A DNA stretch of 63,861 nucleotides, counting the filler, from Asterionella formosa (Eukaryota): NCBI GenBank assembly GCA_002256025.1. It is 17 parts of 17 records of this genome, joined end to end, with 100 filler letters (N's around TTAATTAATTAA, not from the genome) between each part and the next. Parts side by side here need not be neighbours in the genome. Positions count along the whole stretch, not along the records: positions 49,856 to 51,171 come from NKIB01003077.1; positions 51,272 to 52,582 come from NKIB01003078.1; positions 52,683 to 53,993 come from NKIB01003079.1; positions 54,094 to 55,404 come from NKIB01003080.1; positions 55,505 to 56,814 come from NKIB01003082.1; positions 56,915 to 58,224 come from NKIB01003083.1; positions 58,325 to 59,633 come from NKIB01003084.1; positions 59,734 to 61,043 come from NKIB01003085.1; 9 more parts are not named here. One strand, given 5' to 3'. Both the position numbers and the translations under genes were made by a program. A model generated the notes under the pieces. The model made no database searches, was not told the origin of the DNA, and worked only from the letters and a program-made list of their open reading frames with translations. This document shows, one piece after another, positions 49,756 to 61,143 of this stretch (its first letter is position 1; every line of letters begins with the position of its first letter).

Positions 49756-51660
49756 NNNNNNNNNNNNNNNNNNNNNNNNNNNNNNNNNNNNNNNNNNNNT
49801 TAATTAATTAANNNNNNNNNNNNNNNNNNNNNNNNNNNNNNNNNNNNNNNNNNNNTAGTTGAAGCGGATCGGTTAGTACAACAGTGAAATACTGAATGTG
49901 GATTGTAGATCGTATTTATCGGGCCGACTTTCCGATTTGATTGCTTCCGTGGTTTGTTTTGATCGCTTCCATCATTGTTTGTCGTTACGCACTGTCGTTT
50001 TGTTTCGATTGTACATATCTACATAAGAACCAATGCATTTATCAATGACTACTCATTGAAGATGTGGTATTGTGCCGTTGTTGATTGTATTTGTTGATTT
50101 GTATAGTCGTTGACAATGATGTCAATATTGCCGCCAAGCAATGCTTTTCTTGTACTAACGCGCTTTGTTACATTTCTACTACGAGTTCGTATCAGAAGCT
50201 ACATGAATACTCAGCTAGAGAGAGTCAATAGTTCTGGAGCAGTGTGGCGATCACGCTTGCTCAGAATGGAATGATCAGGGTTGCTTGTTTGGTGGGCAGC
50301 GGAGAGGAATGACTGTGGCGGAAATACTGCGACTGGTGTCAGGCTAATACAGCGATGCACATGGTTGCAGAAACCAGACCATTTACGCTACATAACAATG
50401 TAGTTCAAGATTGGGTTCAGCTTTTCCCTTGTTATTTCGGTCTTCGATTGTGTGGTGATGGAAAGTCAATGTTGCCTGGCGGTGTGTAAGTACTACAATG
50501 ATTCACAATGCATACGTCTCCATTGGAACTCTTATTTTTTATTTCATTTCTAACCCAAAACAATTTTTTCTATTTCTCATTGATGCTACTTATTATATCG
50601 CATTTCATACTTTGGTTGCTCCAAACATCATGTTCAATTTTCGTTGATGTTGCATGTTACAATCATTCTCGTGTGTTTTACCCTTGTTGTACCATCTCTA
50701 TGCATATTACCGTTATTTTGGTTGTCATGCTAAAATCGGCAATTTTATTGCGGAAAAATTCGATGTGCCCCATATTGCCTCTAAATAAAAATTACTTAAG
50801 AAATTACTTAGAGACTAAAAATTACTTAGAAGTATCCGAATGGCAAGACGATAGCTGGAGCGGGAATTGCCGGTGTACAGACTACATAGCACATTGAATG
50901 CATTACTATGCATTCATTTCACTGCGGTGCCCTGACCTATCGATCACTCTTATTTTAAGATTGATCACAACGACGATCACCGAAATCAGAAATTCTTCGA
51001 GCAGCGCAATCCATTACACTTTTGAAAGGCTAATCACAAACTGGCAGTGCAAAGATGGGAAGGTTCTCATCATGTCAAGCGTTCGCGGACACAAACTCTA
51101 ATATGCGTGCTATTGACTATTCGCAAGCCGCAGGAACTGACGCAACAAGTCTGACTGGGCCAGGTATGTTCNNNNNNNNNNNNNNNNNNNNNNNNNNNNN
51201 NNNNNNNNNNNNNNNTTAATTAATTAANNNNNNNNNNNNNNNNNNNNNNNNNNNNNNNNNNNNNNNNNNNNAGATAAAATGGGAGCAAACTAACAGAATT
51301 AATGGTAGTCAGAGTGAAGAATATTTGTGAACGGAAATGTTGCGAATTGTCGAGAAAAGTACCGTATTATAGAGATTATTACTGAACAAATTTTTCTTCG
51401 TGTCGCCAGAAAATATTGTCAGTTGGCCCCAAAAATTATGTGGGTTTCTAAAATAATTATGGAAGTTGTCGAAACTATTTAAGTTCACTCCGTCCATATA
51501 TATTGTATGATGCATCATATTTTTTTGTGATGTCATACCCTTAAATTATGTACGTAGCTAAATTCGTCATATTGGGCCACCCAAATAATTAATTTGGGTG
51601 ATCATATTTGACTAGCGTTTTTTTTGTGGCGGCTGTACCAGTAATCGGCGTTGTAGATGA

Positions 51661-52582
51661 ATGGGAGGCAATTGTAGTGTGAGAAAGAAAAATGACGAGC
51701 AAACTGTTATGATTGTTGGACAGGATGAAGCAATATTCAAACAATTCTTGTTGAATTCCAAGATGTGGACAGGTCCGAATGGCGAGAGACCCCTACTACC
51801 AAAAGATGAGGGTTCTGGAGTAATGATCAGTTCATTTATCACTCGAGAGCATGGCTTGATAAGAGAAATCGATGACTATATTCTTACAACGGTCAATGCC
51901 AATAGACTTGGAGCGAGTTATGCAGATGAGGAAGCTGCAATTGACGTACATGGGACCAAAAAGAAGAAGCCATTGACAAAAAACAATTCTCCATTCTTGG
52001 TCTACTTTGATTATGGAGAAAATCGAGATGGCTACTGGAATTACAATCACATGGTGTGTCAATTCGAAGACACAATTGATGTACTAAAAGTGATGCATCC
52101 ACACTATAAGTTTGTTTATCTATTTGACCATTCAAGTGGACACAGCAAACATAGACCTGATGGATTGAGTTCAATCAGGATGAAAAAAACCTTTGGTGGA
52201 AAGGGGTTGCCCATGCGATCGACAATCATTGAACAAGAAGCAGGATTCCTTGGCCCCTTTCAAAGAAAATTACAGCCTGGTCAAACACAGCACCTCACAT
52301 TCCAACCTGATGATGTGGGCCCATGTTGGATGACTCCTGCTGAACAAGAAGCAAGTCGACATGATACCATCATTGGAGTACCCAAAGAAATTCAAAGAAG
52401 TCGTGCCCAATTAATATTCGATCTTGCTGCTAAGGGAGCCAATACTAAAGGGAAGAATAAAAGCGATCTGGTGTTCCTCTGTCCACAATATCAAGTGCCA
52501 ACATCGACACAAATTTCAAGGGTCAAGGAAGGTTGGGAAGGAAAATCGAAGGGATTAGTTCAAGTGCTTTGGGAAAGGGGAT
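51661..52582 (+). mobile_element. DDE transposase fragment, IS630/Tc1-mariner-related
   Basis: GQDEAIF (first Asp), LPKDEGSGVMISSF, DGYWN, YLFDHSSGH (second Asp), GGK..PMR and KGLVQVLWERG. Truncated by the contig end. Confidence 0.8.
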
Positions 52583-52682
52583 NNNNNNNNNNNNNNNNNN
52601 NNNNNNNNNNNNNNNNNNNNNNNNNNTTAATTAATTAANNNNNNNNNNNNNNNNNNNNNNNNNNNNNNNNNNNNNNNNNNNN

Positions 52683-53250
52683 CATCATGAAGAGGTCTCA
52701 TAGCTGTAAAGTTATGGAATATCCAGAGGTAGAAAACTATAATTTGATGTTTGTGTATTATTGCAGCAACATGACATGATGACCATTCTATGGTGTAAGT
52801 CATTGTTCCCATTTTGAGATTTGGATACAATCTGATGCTATACAGCTTCCCAGTCAATAGAGATGTGCAACTTCATCGAGAGGTTGCATAGTTGCAAAGT
52901 TATGGAATATCCAGTGATAGAAAACTATCATTTGAATTTTGTGTGTTTATGCTGAAACATGACATGATGACCAATCTATGGCGTTAGTCATTTTTCCAAT
53001 ATCGAGATAAGGATACAATCTCATTCCATACAGCTACCCAGACAATTGAGATGTCCAACATCATGGAAAGGTCGCATAGTTGTAAAGTTATGGAATATCC
53101 AGTAGTAGAAACCTATAATTTGAAGTTTGTGTACTATTGCAGCAACATGACATGATGACCATTCTATGGTGTAAGTCATTGTTCCCATTTTGAGATTTGG
53201 ATACAATCTGATTCTATACAGCTTCCCAGTCAATTGAGATGATCAACATC
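52683..53250. repeat. 188-bp satellite, 3 copies
   Basis: GTTATGGAATATCCAG at 52711, 52899 and 53087. Confidence 0.92.
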
Positions 53251-53254
53251 ATCG

Positions 53255-53993
53255 ACTTCTTGGCCATACCATTCAACCTTTCCTGGTGGTAACTGGTGGG
53301 GTTTTCAAGTGAATGTGAACACTCGATTACATCCTCCAGGTCCTCTTCCAGCGAGTCAGCTAGTGGCTGCCAATAGTTACTACTAGCCACAGTTGCGGTT
53401 ACTTTGAGTTCCTTCTCCTCCATCACAATCCGCCGGTACAGTGATTCCGGCCGTGGTGGGGCAATCCCCATCTCTGGGATTCTGGTAAGCCCAGATGGGT
53501 CCGCAACAACTGGGAAGTGGTCCGAAATATCCCATGTGTCGAGGACCCTGGCAGGGGGGACAGCCGCCACTGTGTCACCACAATATGTGATGAAATCATT
53601 GGCAGGTGTTGGCTGTCCCTCCCGCCGGCTTTGGCGAGTGGAGGCCCCCCCCTCGGATGGGTAACACCCGAAAGGGAAGCCGCCACGGTCCCATCAGAAT
53701 CTGCAACTCCGTCATCTTCATGTTGAAGTCTCCCATCATCACAATGGGATCTTCTGGAAACTCCCGATGCAGAGCGTCCAAGGCTCGGGGCAGGGCCCTG
53801 AGCACTCGGATGCGATCCGCTCTGCATGGGACATAAATTGTTCCCACAAGAATAGGCCTCAAGAGCGTGGCCCCATAGACTCTCGCAAAAGTCCAAAATG
53901 GTGTGGCCTTACCAACTGGGGTACAGTTGAATTTGGTCGACACCAGTATTGCCACACCTCGCTGCGACGCTGTCAGGTCCCCCATTGCTGTGA
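53255..53993 (-). mobile_element. LINE apurinic-type endonuclease (APE) fragment, frameshifted
   Basis: RGVAILVS, VGTIYVP, IVMMGDFNM and ISDHFPV motifs across two frames. GC-rich like 47150-48344. Confidence 0.88.
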
Positions 53994-54093
53994 NNNNNNN
54001 NNNNNNNNNNNNNNNNNNNNNNNNNNNNNNNNNNNNNTTAATTAATTAANNNNNNNNNNNNNNNNNNNNNNNNNNNNNNNNNNNNNNNNNNNN

Positions 54094-54266
54094 CTCTACA
54101 GAGCTGCGACAGAAAATAATAGGGAAAAACATAGTACCACTATTACCGTACATGGCAGCCTCTACAGAGCTGCGACAGAAAATAATAGGGAAAAACATAG
54201 TACCACTATTACCGTACATGGCAGCCTCTACAGAGCTGCGACAGAAAATAATAGGGAAAAACATAG
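54094..54266. repeat. 66-bp tandem repeat (2.6 copies at contig edge)
   Basis: Units start at 54094, 54160 and 54226. Confidence 0.95.
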
Positions 54267-54682
54267 TCCCAAAGAACACCAAGAGATGTTAAAGGCAAAC
54301 AACAACTATAAAGCATTCTACCAGATGACTATGGAGGATCTCCATGACAGTGACATTCCTGAGTATAGGCGACTTGATAAAAAAAGATTCAAGAAATATT
54401 TCATTGAGTGCTATGCTGAGACATCGGGCAATTTCTCTGCTTACAATATAAGGGAACGAGCTTGCCATACTGAGGAGCTGAACAGAAGATATGCTGCTGC
54501 AAGAGAAGAAAATGTTCATCTACCTTATGAACATTACCTTACTACGGGTAGTAGTGTTCGGAGAAATATGATGCAGATCTAACCGTAACACATTTACCTA
54601 GCTGTTAGTAAATGATAACTAATTTCGTATCTATGAAACAATGCATTTGCATAGGCTGTTATTTCTATATATATCCAACGTC

Positions 54683-55404
54683 TGCGCGTCCTGCCAATAT
54701 CTACTCATTACCTCAATCGTTTCGACTGGTGGCATCGAGTAAAACATTTGCGAGAACAAATGGATCGATGGGATATTGATCACAAACAGGAAGAAACATT
54801 CATGACAACCATGTCAGATCCGTTCCATTGCAAATCTTCCTTCAATAGGTCAAACTCGTCATCCTTGAGCTTGCCTTCCAGTGGCATAGTAGGACTGAAG
54901 CGCGTCCAGAAAGATACGCTCCTTTTCGGCTACTGTGAGACGAATGAGTTCCCCACTTTCCGGATCGACGACACAGTATTCCTCGTCAGGAATGCATTCT
55001 TCTTCCTGCAAGTTAGTCTCAAAGAATCGTCTTGACTTGGCGTCGTAAGCGATTTCTCTCGTTCCGCTCGTAATGGTGATCTTTTCGTCGCTTCCTTCTT
55101 CGGCCATTAAAAGTGGACCAGCAACGGCCACACGACCAGCTGTTGTCGTTGTCTTCCTTAAAGTTCGATGCGCGTCCTGCCAATATCTACTCATTACCTC
55201 AATCGTTTCGACTGGTGGCATCGAGTAAAACATTTGCGAGAACAAATGGATCGATGGGATATTGATCACAAACAGGTAGAAACATTCATGACAACCATGT
55301 CAGATCCGTTCCATTGCAAATCTTCCTTCAATAGGTCAAACTCGTCATCCTTGAGCTTGCCTTCCAGTGGCATAGTAGGACTGAAGCGCGTCCAGAAAGA
55401 TACG
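54683..55404 (-). pseudogene. PGRL1: Frameshifted PGRL1 (PGR5-like protein 1) N-terminal fragment within a 486-bp tandem duplication
   Basis: ECIPDEEYCVVD...LTVAEKERIFLDALQSYY..GRQ, then in a shifted frame LKDDEFDLLKEDLQWNGSDMVVMN, then unrelated sequence. Unit repeats at 54683 and 55169. Confidence 0.75.
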
Positions 55405-56044
55405 NNNNNNNNNNNNNNNNNNNNNNNNNNNNNNNNNNNNNNNNNNNNTTAATTAATTAANNNNNNNNNNNNNNNNNNNNNNNNNNNNNNNNNNNNNNNN
55501 NNNNCCCCCCCCTCTATTACCGTTATACCGGAAAAATTTGGTGCATCACCCATTATCGTGCGTTGCAACGGCCCGCGACAGGGTGGCTGTGGTTATGGAG
55601 CAGGGGGTAGAACGCCACAACATGACGAAGTCCCAAGGATCATGAATGGGAAGAAAACTTTGCTGCATTCTGGTGGTACCATTGGACTTGGGAAACAGCG
55701 AGGAAGGTTGTATCCCGCCGTATCAAACGGTTTCGAATAAGAGGAGTTGGAACGAAGAGAACTTGCCACAACGACGAATCAAACGGTTTCGAATATGAGG
55801 AGTGGTTGGAACGAAGAGACTTGTCATATACATGACACTTCTGTCCGACTCGGTCGATGGAGTAAAAGATACGACATCAGCGTCCGGTTATTTGCAAATG
55901 GCTGTACTTGATTAAAAACAAATAACCATTTTGTTAGTAACTATTTATGAGTAAAAAAATTCTTACTTCCATCTTTCCCCATAGGAATCAAGCAAAAACG
56001 AAACTAGTGATGGAGGGATACGCTCTGTACCATTTGCTTTTGTG

Positions 56045-56608
56045 TTAATGGCATTTCCGAATCTTTTGCAAATAGCAACTGAGTTTTGCTCTGGAGTGGA
56101 ACCAGGCGACAAATACATGTGAAGTCTCAATGCACCATTGCTTACTACCAAGTAAAATGCTAAGTAGCTCCGTTTTTACAACATCCTTTTGTGTGTAGGC
56201 TGTACCTGGATCTTCTTGGCAAAATCGGAAGTTGGTAGGGTTTATAATGTCGTTTATTTCTCCGTTCTGAATGATTGGACCATTAATAGCAGCAGCATCA
56301 TGATCTACTAAACTATCAAGGAATGAACCATTATCATAGTCATCGGCATCAAAACAAACTGTTTGAACGAAATCAATGGCTGCTGGCGATTGTTTCAGGA
56401 ATTTTGCAAGGGGGTCTTGAGAGTGGTGTCGTCCATCTCTTGGAGAAGTCGCTACCGTTGATGATGTCTGCGATGCTTGAATCTGAGATTGAATCATATA
56501 TTGTTGCCCACACGAGGGGCTGTGTCTGTGATGACCACGAATTGATTTAAAAGGACCTTTACCGCAGAATTTACATTTGTCCTCGTCGTTATTGTCACAC
56601 AGATCCAT
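56045..56608 (-). mobile_element. Degenerate N-terminus of a probable transposase (C2H2-like finger; Plavaka-like guess)
   Basis: CKFCGKGPFKSIRGHHRHSPSC followed by an acidic linker and VKTELLSILL, then frame breaks. Confidence 0.35.
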
Positions 56609-56914
56609 GATATTTACTGTCGTTGCAGTGCTGTGTTGGCGAGAGAAAAATAAGAATAACAAGTAGCTAAAATAATGGACCTTGTTCGGCACATATTTGG
56701 CAAACAATACTACCTGGTACCATCCTCATCAGTAGACATAATTCCACCAGTGTTGATTTTGATTAATAATAATCACGTAAAAAAATTGGGTTGCCTACCA
56801 CTGGCTAGTAGCTANNNNNNNNNNNNNNNNNNNNNNNNNNNNNNNNNNNNNNNNNNNNTTAATTAATTAANNNNNNNNNNNNNNNNNNNNNNNNNNNNNN
56901 NNNNNNNNNNNNNN

Positions 56915-57265
56915 ACAGCTGTTGCATATTTTAAATATTCAATGCATGTCGCCGTAGTGAGTCGAAATTGAGATGTGCCGCGATGGCTGTCTCCTTCTCG
57001 GAGCGGCTACAAATATTCTACAGCGATAACTCTAGCAAGTACAATATAGAAAAAGAAGGAAAGGATGAGCAGCTGTCAACGAATGAATTCGTAAAATTGT
57101 TTAGAAACAGCTGTTGCATATTTTAACATTCAATGCATGTCGCCGTAGTGAGTCTAAATTGAGATGTGCCGCAATGGCCTTCTCCTTTTCGGAGCGGCTA
57201 CAAATAGTCTACAGCGATAACTCTAGCAAGTACAATATAGAAAAAGAAGGAAAGGATGAGCAGCT
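56915..57265. repeat. 192-bp satellite family A, 1.8 copies
   Basis: ACAGCTGTTGCATATTTT at 56915 and 57107. Confidence 0.92.
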
Positions 57266-58224
57266 TTAAATTGGTGAAGAAAGGAGGTATGGAAATTTTG
57301 TTGCCACAGTACTTATTATCAGTCCACAAGCAACGAATATTTATTTCATATCCTGATGACCAATTGAATCAATATATGTTCATTCTGAGAATATCGATAT
57401 TCGAAATGCCGGCAATGCTCTCGTGTACATCGAATACTATGCTGGATAGAAATCGGCCTTATATTGGTGGAGAAAGATGGTTTGGAATTTTTGCAACCAC
57501 AGCACTGATGTTCAGTCCACAGCAAGCACCGAGATTTTACAAACCTTCCCAATGACCAATTTGATCAATATATGTTCATTCTGAGAATATCGATATTTGC
57601 CATGACGGTATTGCTCTCGTGGACATCGAATACTGTGCTGGATAGAAATCGGCCTTAAATTGGTGGAGAAAGGAGGTTGGGAATTCTTGTTGCCACAGCA
57701 CTGATGATCAGTCCACAAGCATCCGAAAATTTTACTCATCCTGATGCCTCCATTGATCAATATATGTTCACTCTGAGAATATCGACATTGTTGATGACGA
57801 TTTTGATCTCGTGTACATCGAATACTTTGCTTGATAGAAATCAGTCTTAAATTGGTGGAGAAAGATGGCTGGTTTGGAATACTGGTCATGCAGCAGTCCA
57901 CAAGAACCGAAATTGTACGCATCCTGATGACCAATTTGATCAATATATGTCGGCATTGACCTCGTGTACATCGAATACTTTTCTAGATAGAAATCAGCCT
58001 TAAAATGGTGGAGCAACCAAGATGGTTAGGAATTATTGTTGCCACAGCAATTACAATCAGTCCACAAGCACCGAAAATTTTATTTCACATCCTGATGAAC
58101 AATTTGATCAAAATATGTTCGTTCTTAGTATATCGACATTCATTATGACGCCATTGATGTCGTGTTGTTCATCGAATACTATGATTGATAAAAATTAGAA
58201 TTAAATTGGTGGAGAAAGATGGTT
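57266..58224. repeat. ~192-196 bp satellite family B, ~5 diverged copies (one internally deleted)
   Basis: AAATTGGTGGAGAAAG-like anchor near 57268, 57461, 57657, 57849, 58003 and 58203. Confidence 0.9.
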
Positions 58225-58324
58225 NNNNNNNNNNNNNNNNNNNNNNNNNNNNNNNNNNNNNNNNNNNNTTAATTAATTAANNNNNNNNNNNNNNNNNNNN
58301 NNNNNNNNNNNNNNNNNNNNNNNN

Positions 58325-59633
58325 GGCATTGTCGAACGTAAATTTGCGACCATACGTGACCGCAGCTCTGCCGCCATGATAAAAGCGAAATTCTCTGAAG
58401 AGGCTCAAGGAACACTCTGGGCGGAAGCTGCCAACACACACACAAGACTCACAAATATTGTGTCCAATTCCAGTGGCTCAAAATGTCCTGACTGGAAATT
58501 CTACAACAAGCAACCTATGATCTACAGGAATCTTATTGAATTTGGTCGCATTGGATATGTCACCCTTGGACAAAAACAAAAGAAACTAGACCCCAAGGCA
58601 GTTAAATGTGTCATGATTGGATACTCCGATGATCATGCTGGTGATACCTACCGGATGTACAACCCTGTGACAAAAAAGGTAATCAACAGCAGAAATATCC
58701 GATGGGCCACCTGGCAGGGAACATGCGATCCAACAGCCAATATGTCCACATTTACCGGTAATGCAGATGCACTCGGTATTGAGGAATCCCAAATGGAAGA
58801 TGCACAAGACTATGAATTGCATAATGATGATGCATCTGAAGATACCATAAACACTCCTACAAATGTCAACCCTAATAAAAAAATGCATCTATTGGCACCC
58901 ACACATCAACAAGTTACCTTTGATGTTTCAGAAACAGGTGGGCAAGGAAGGGATATTTCTAAAACTTCAACCACAAAACTTGAACGTGAACTCAAACGCA
59001 TTGCATGGACCGATGTCCTACCTAAAGGAGCTAGGAGAGCTTTAAAACTTTCCTCTGACCAAACTCCTAAAACTGCCGGCCACCCTTATGAAGAAAATGA
59101 AGTCGCGGACGAAGAAGATGCACCAATGGAAGTCCATCTAATCTACAGCACAACACTAGCATCTGATCCTGGAGAACCAAAATCCTACAAAGCTGCAATG
59201 AATGATCCAGAACGTGAAAAATGGATTATTGCGATCAAAACGGAAATTGACAACTTCTACAAAGGAGGGGTTTGAAAGAAATTCCCCAGAAACAAACTTA
59301 AGGGAAGGAAACCTTTGGGAACACGTTGGGTATTTAAAAAGAAGCAAGAACAAGATTTATCAACCAGATTCAAAGGAAGAGTTGTGGTCAAAGGTATGTC
59401 CAGAATCCTGGAGTTGACTTCACAGACTCCTTTGCACCTGTTGCCACGGATTCTGCTATGCGAACCATTTTTGCTATCACACTATACCATGGACACAACA
59501 AACCTGAAGAATGCTGGATTTGTGAAGTCATCGATGTGGAAGCAGCATTCCTTGAAGCAGATATGGATGAAAATATCTACATTGAATGGCCTGAGGGAGT
59601 TAAAGAATTTGGATATGTCACTGAACAAGAATT
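58325..59633 (+). mobile_element. Ty1/copia pol fragment (integrase end, SH3-like/GKGY region, RT start), degenerate; a different lineage from the 21.4-kb element
   Basis: GIVERKF, LWAEAANT, KLDPKAVKCVMIGY, EPKSYKAA, GTRWVFKKK, FKGRVVVKG and IDVEAAFL, with an in-frame stop and a frameshift. Confidence 0.93.
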
Positions 59634-59733
59634 NNNNNNNNNNNNNNNNNNNNNNNNNNNNNNNNNNNNNNNNNNNNTTAATTAATTAANNNNNNNNNNN
59701 NNNNNNNNNNNNNNNNNNNNNNNNNNNNNNNNN

Positions 59734-60010
59734 ATGAGTTACTTGTCAAATCTTGTGCTTCTTTCATCTTTTTAATGTTCAGTATGTACTGAACCTGTAG
59801 GGTGGGATGGAAACAGTCTGTGGATCTGATTTGGATGCTTGGATATTGTCAATAGCCTTACTCAATCTACTGATGCTGTTTGGTGGATCTCAGTCATTTT
59901 GGTGTCTCTCTATGTGTTACTTGTCAAAGCTTGTGCTTCTTCCATCTGCTTGTAGCATGTTGTATACTTTGTACCCGCTATGGCGCTGAAACGGACTCAT
60001 TTGATGGTGT
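59734..60010. repeat. Diverged ~178-bp tandem repeat remnant
   Basis: ATG(A/T)GTTACTTGTCAAA(T/G)CTTGTGCTTCTT at 59734 and 59912. Confidence 0.6.
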
Positions 60011-60445
60011 AGCTGTAAATATACGTCGCCCTCCATGGTGAGGGAGGCTGCTTACCAGTTACTTGAATTTCTTTAAATTTTGTAGATAGAAAACTATAGA
60101 TTCTACTATGTTACACAGAATTATGTTCAAAAAATATAATATACCGGTAATACACATTAATGGTCCATATTATTTTTGATATTTGTTGTCACATCATGTT
60201 CAATGCATTGTTCTTGGTTTCAAAAAACGCAGTCATTATTCATTGAACAGTGGATAATGACAAATATTTAACACACTGACAGAGATCAAACAAAAAGACC
60301 TCAAAAGAACGCGAAGTTTGCAAAAGACCACATAAGTTTGCAAAAGACCGCAAAACACTGCAAAAGAACAGGAAAACACGGATATACAATGTTTTTCTGC
60401 TGAATTTTGCAGTCTTTTGCAAACTTTGCTTTCTTTTGCATTCTT

Positions 60446-60507
60446 TTTTGCTCTTTTGCTCTTTTGCTCTTTTGCTCTTTTGCTCTTTTGCTCTTTTGCT
60501 CTTTTGC
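60446..60507. repeat. (TTTTGCTC)7 octamer microsatellite within a TTTGC/GCAAA-rich tract
   Basis: Direct reading. Confidence 0.93.
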
Positions 60508-60915
60508 AAACATTTGCGAACTTTGCGTTCTTTTGTGCTCTTTTGTGAAAATGCAATGCAAGGTCGATTTTAGATAAAACATTGTTCGAGCATTGCCACC
60601 GCATCAACCAAATACCAAGCCAATTGAAGTTGCGGGTCGTGATGCGTTGTGTTGGTCGAAAAAGCAAAAATATTTTAGCCACCGCATCGACCAAGACCAA
60701 ATATGCTTTGGTCTTGATCGAGGATGACCCCCTTATCGACCAAATATCAGGTGTTTGGTTGATTGGACTCCGACCGTAGCCAAATAAAAGGAGTATTTCT
60801 ATTGGTTTAGATTGTGGCTAGCGCTGGCAACATAACGTCAACAACTGTTTAATTGATCCACAAACGCTTACAATACACATTTACCTTACTCTCTTGATGT
60901 AGACAAATAATGAAC

Positions 60916-61043
60916 TTAAGGTTGCTGCATTTGAACCCCTAGGCAAAAATTAAAATATTGCTTAGGGTTGCGAAAATTCCCTGGAATTAAGAATTTAATT
61001 AGCTATTTTTGAATGACGTGATTCCATTTGAAATATTTGAATC
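60916..61043 (-). mobile_element. Second, diverged terminus of the Kolobok-like family
   Basis: TTAA|GGTTGCTGCATTTGAACCCCTAGGCAAAAA... aligns to the reverse complement of ~20565-20688. Confidence 0.88.
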
Positions 61044-61143
61044 NNNNNNNNNNNNNNNNNNNNNNNNNNNNNNNNNNNNNNNNNNNNTTAATTAATTAAN
61101 NNNNNNNNNNNNNNNNNNNNNNNNNNNNNNNNNNNNNNNNNNN

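Noticed and set aside
49856..51171. Possible gene or ncRNA in this contig
   Set aside because: Only short low-complexity ORFs and no recognisable RNA motif.
51661..52582. Fanzor/TnpB association with the IS630-like transposase
   Set aside because: No RuvC or zinc-ribbon ORF is visible, and the contig ends inside the transposase, so it cannot be assessed here.
54094..54266. 66-bp and 22-bp repeats as CRISPR arrays
   Set aside because: Head-to-tail units without unique spacers; eukaryotic context; no cas genes.
54286..54582. 98-aa ORF between the 66-bp repeats and the PGRL1 fragment
   Set aside because: Looks like a coding remnant, but no family is recognisable; insufficient support.
57350..57420. 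CTGATGA...GAAA hammerhead ribozyme core in the satellite
   Set aside because: No convincing stems II/III, and the GAAA is not conserved among monomers.
60236..60700. ORFs with KEQKSKRA repeats
   Set aside because: Translation of the (TTTTGCTC)n microsatellite, open in several frames.
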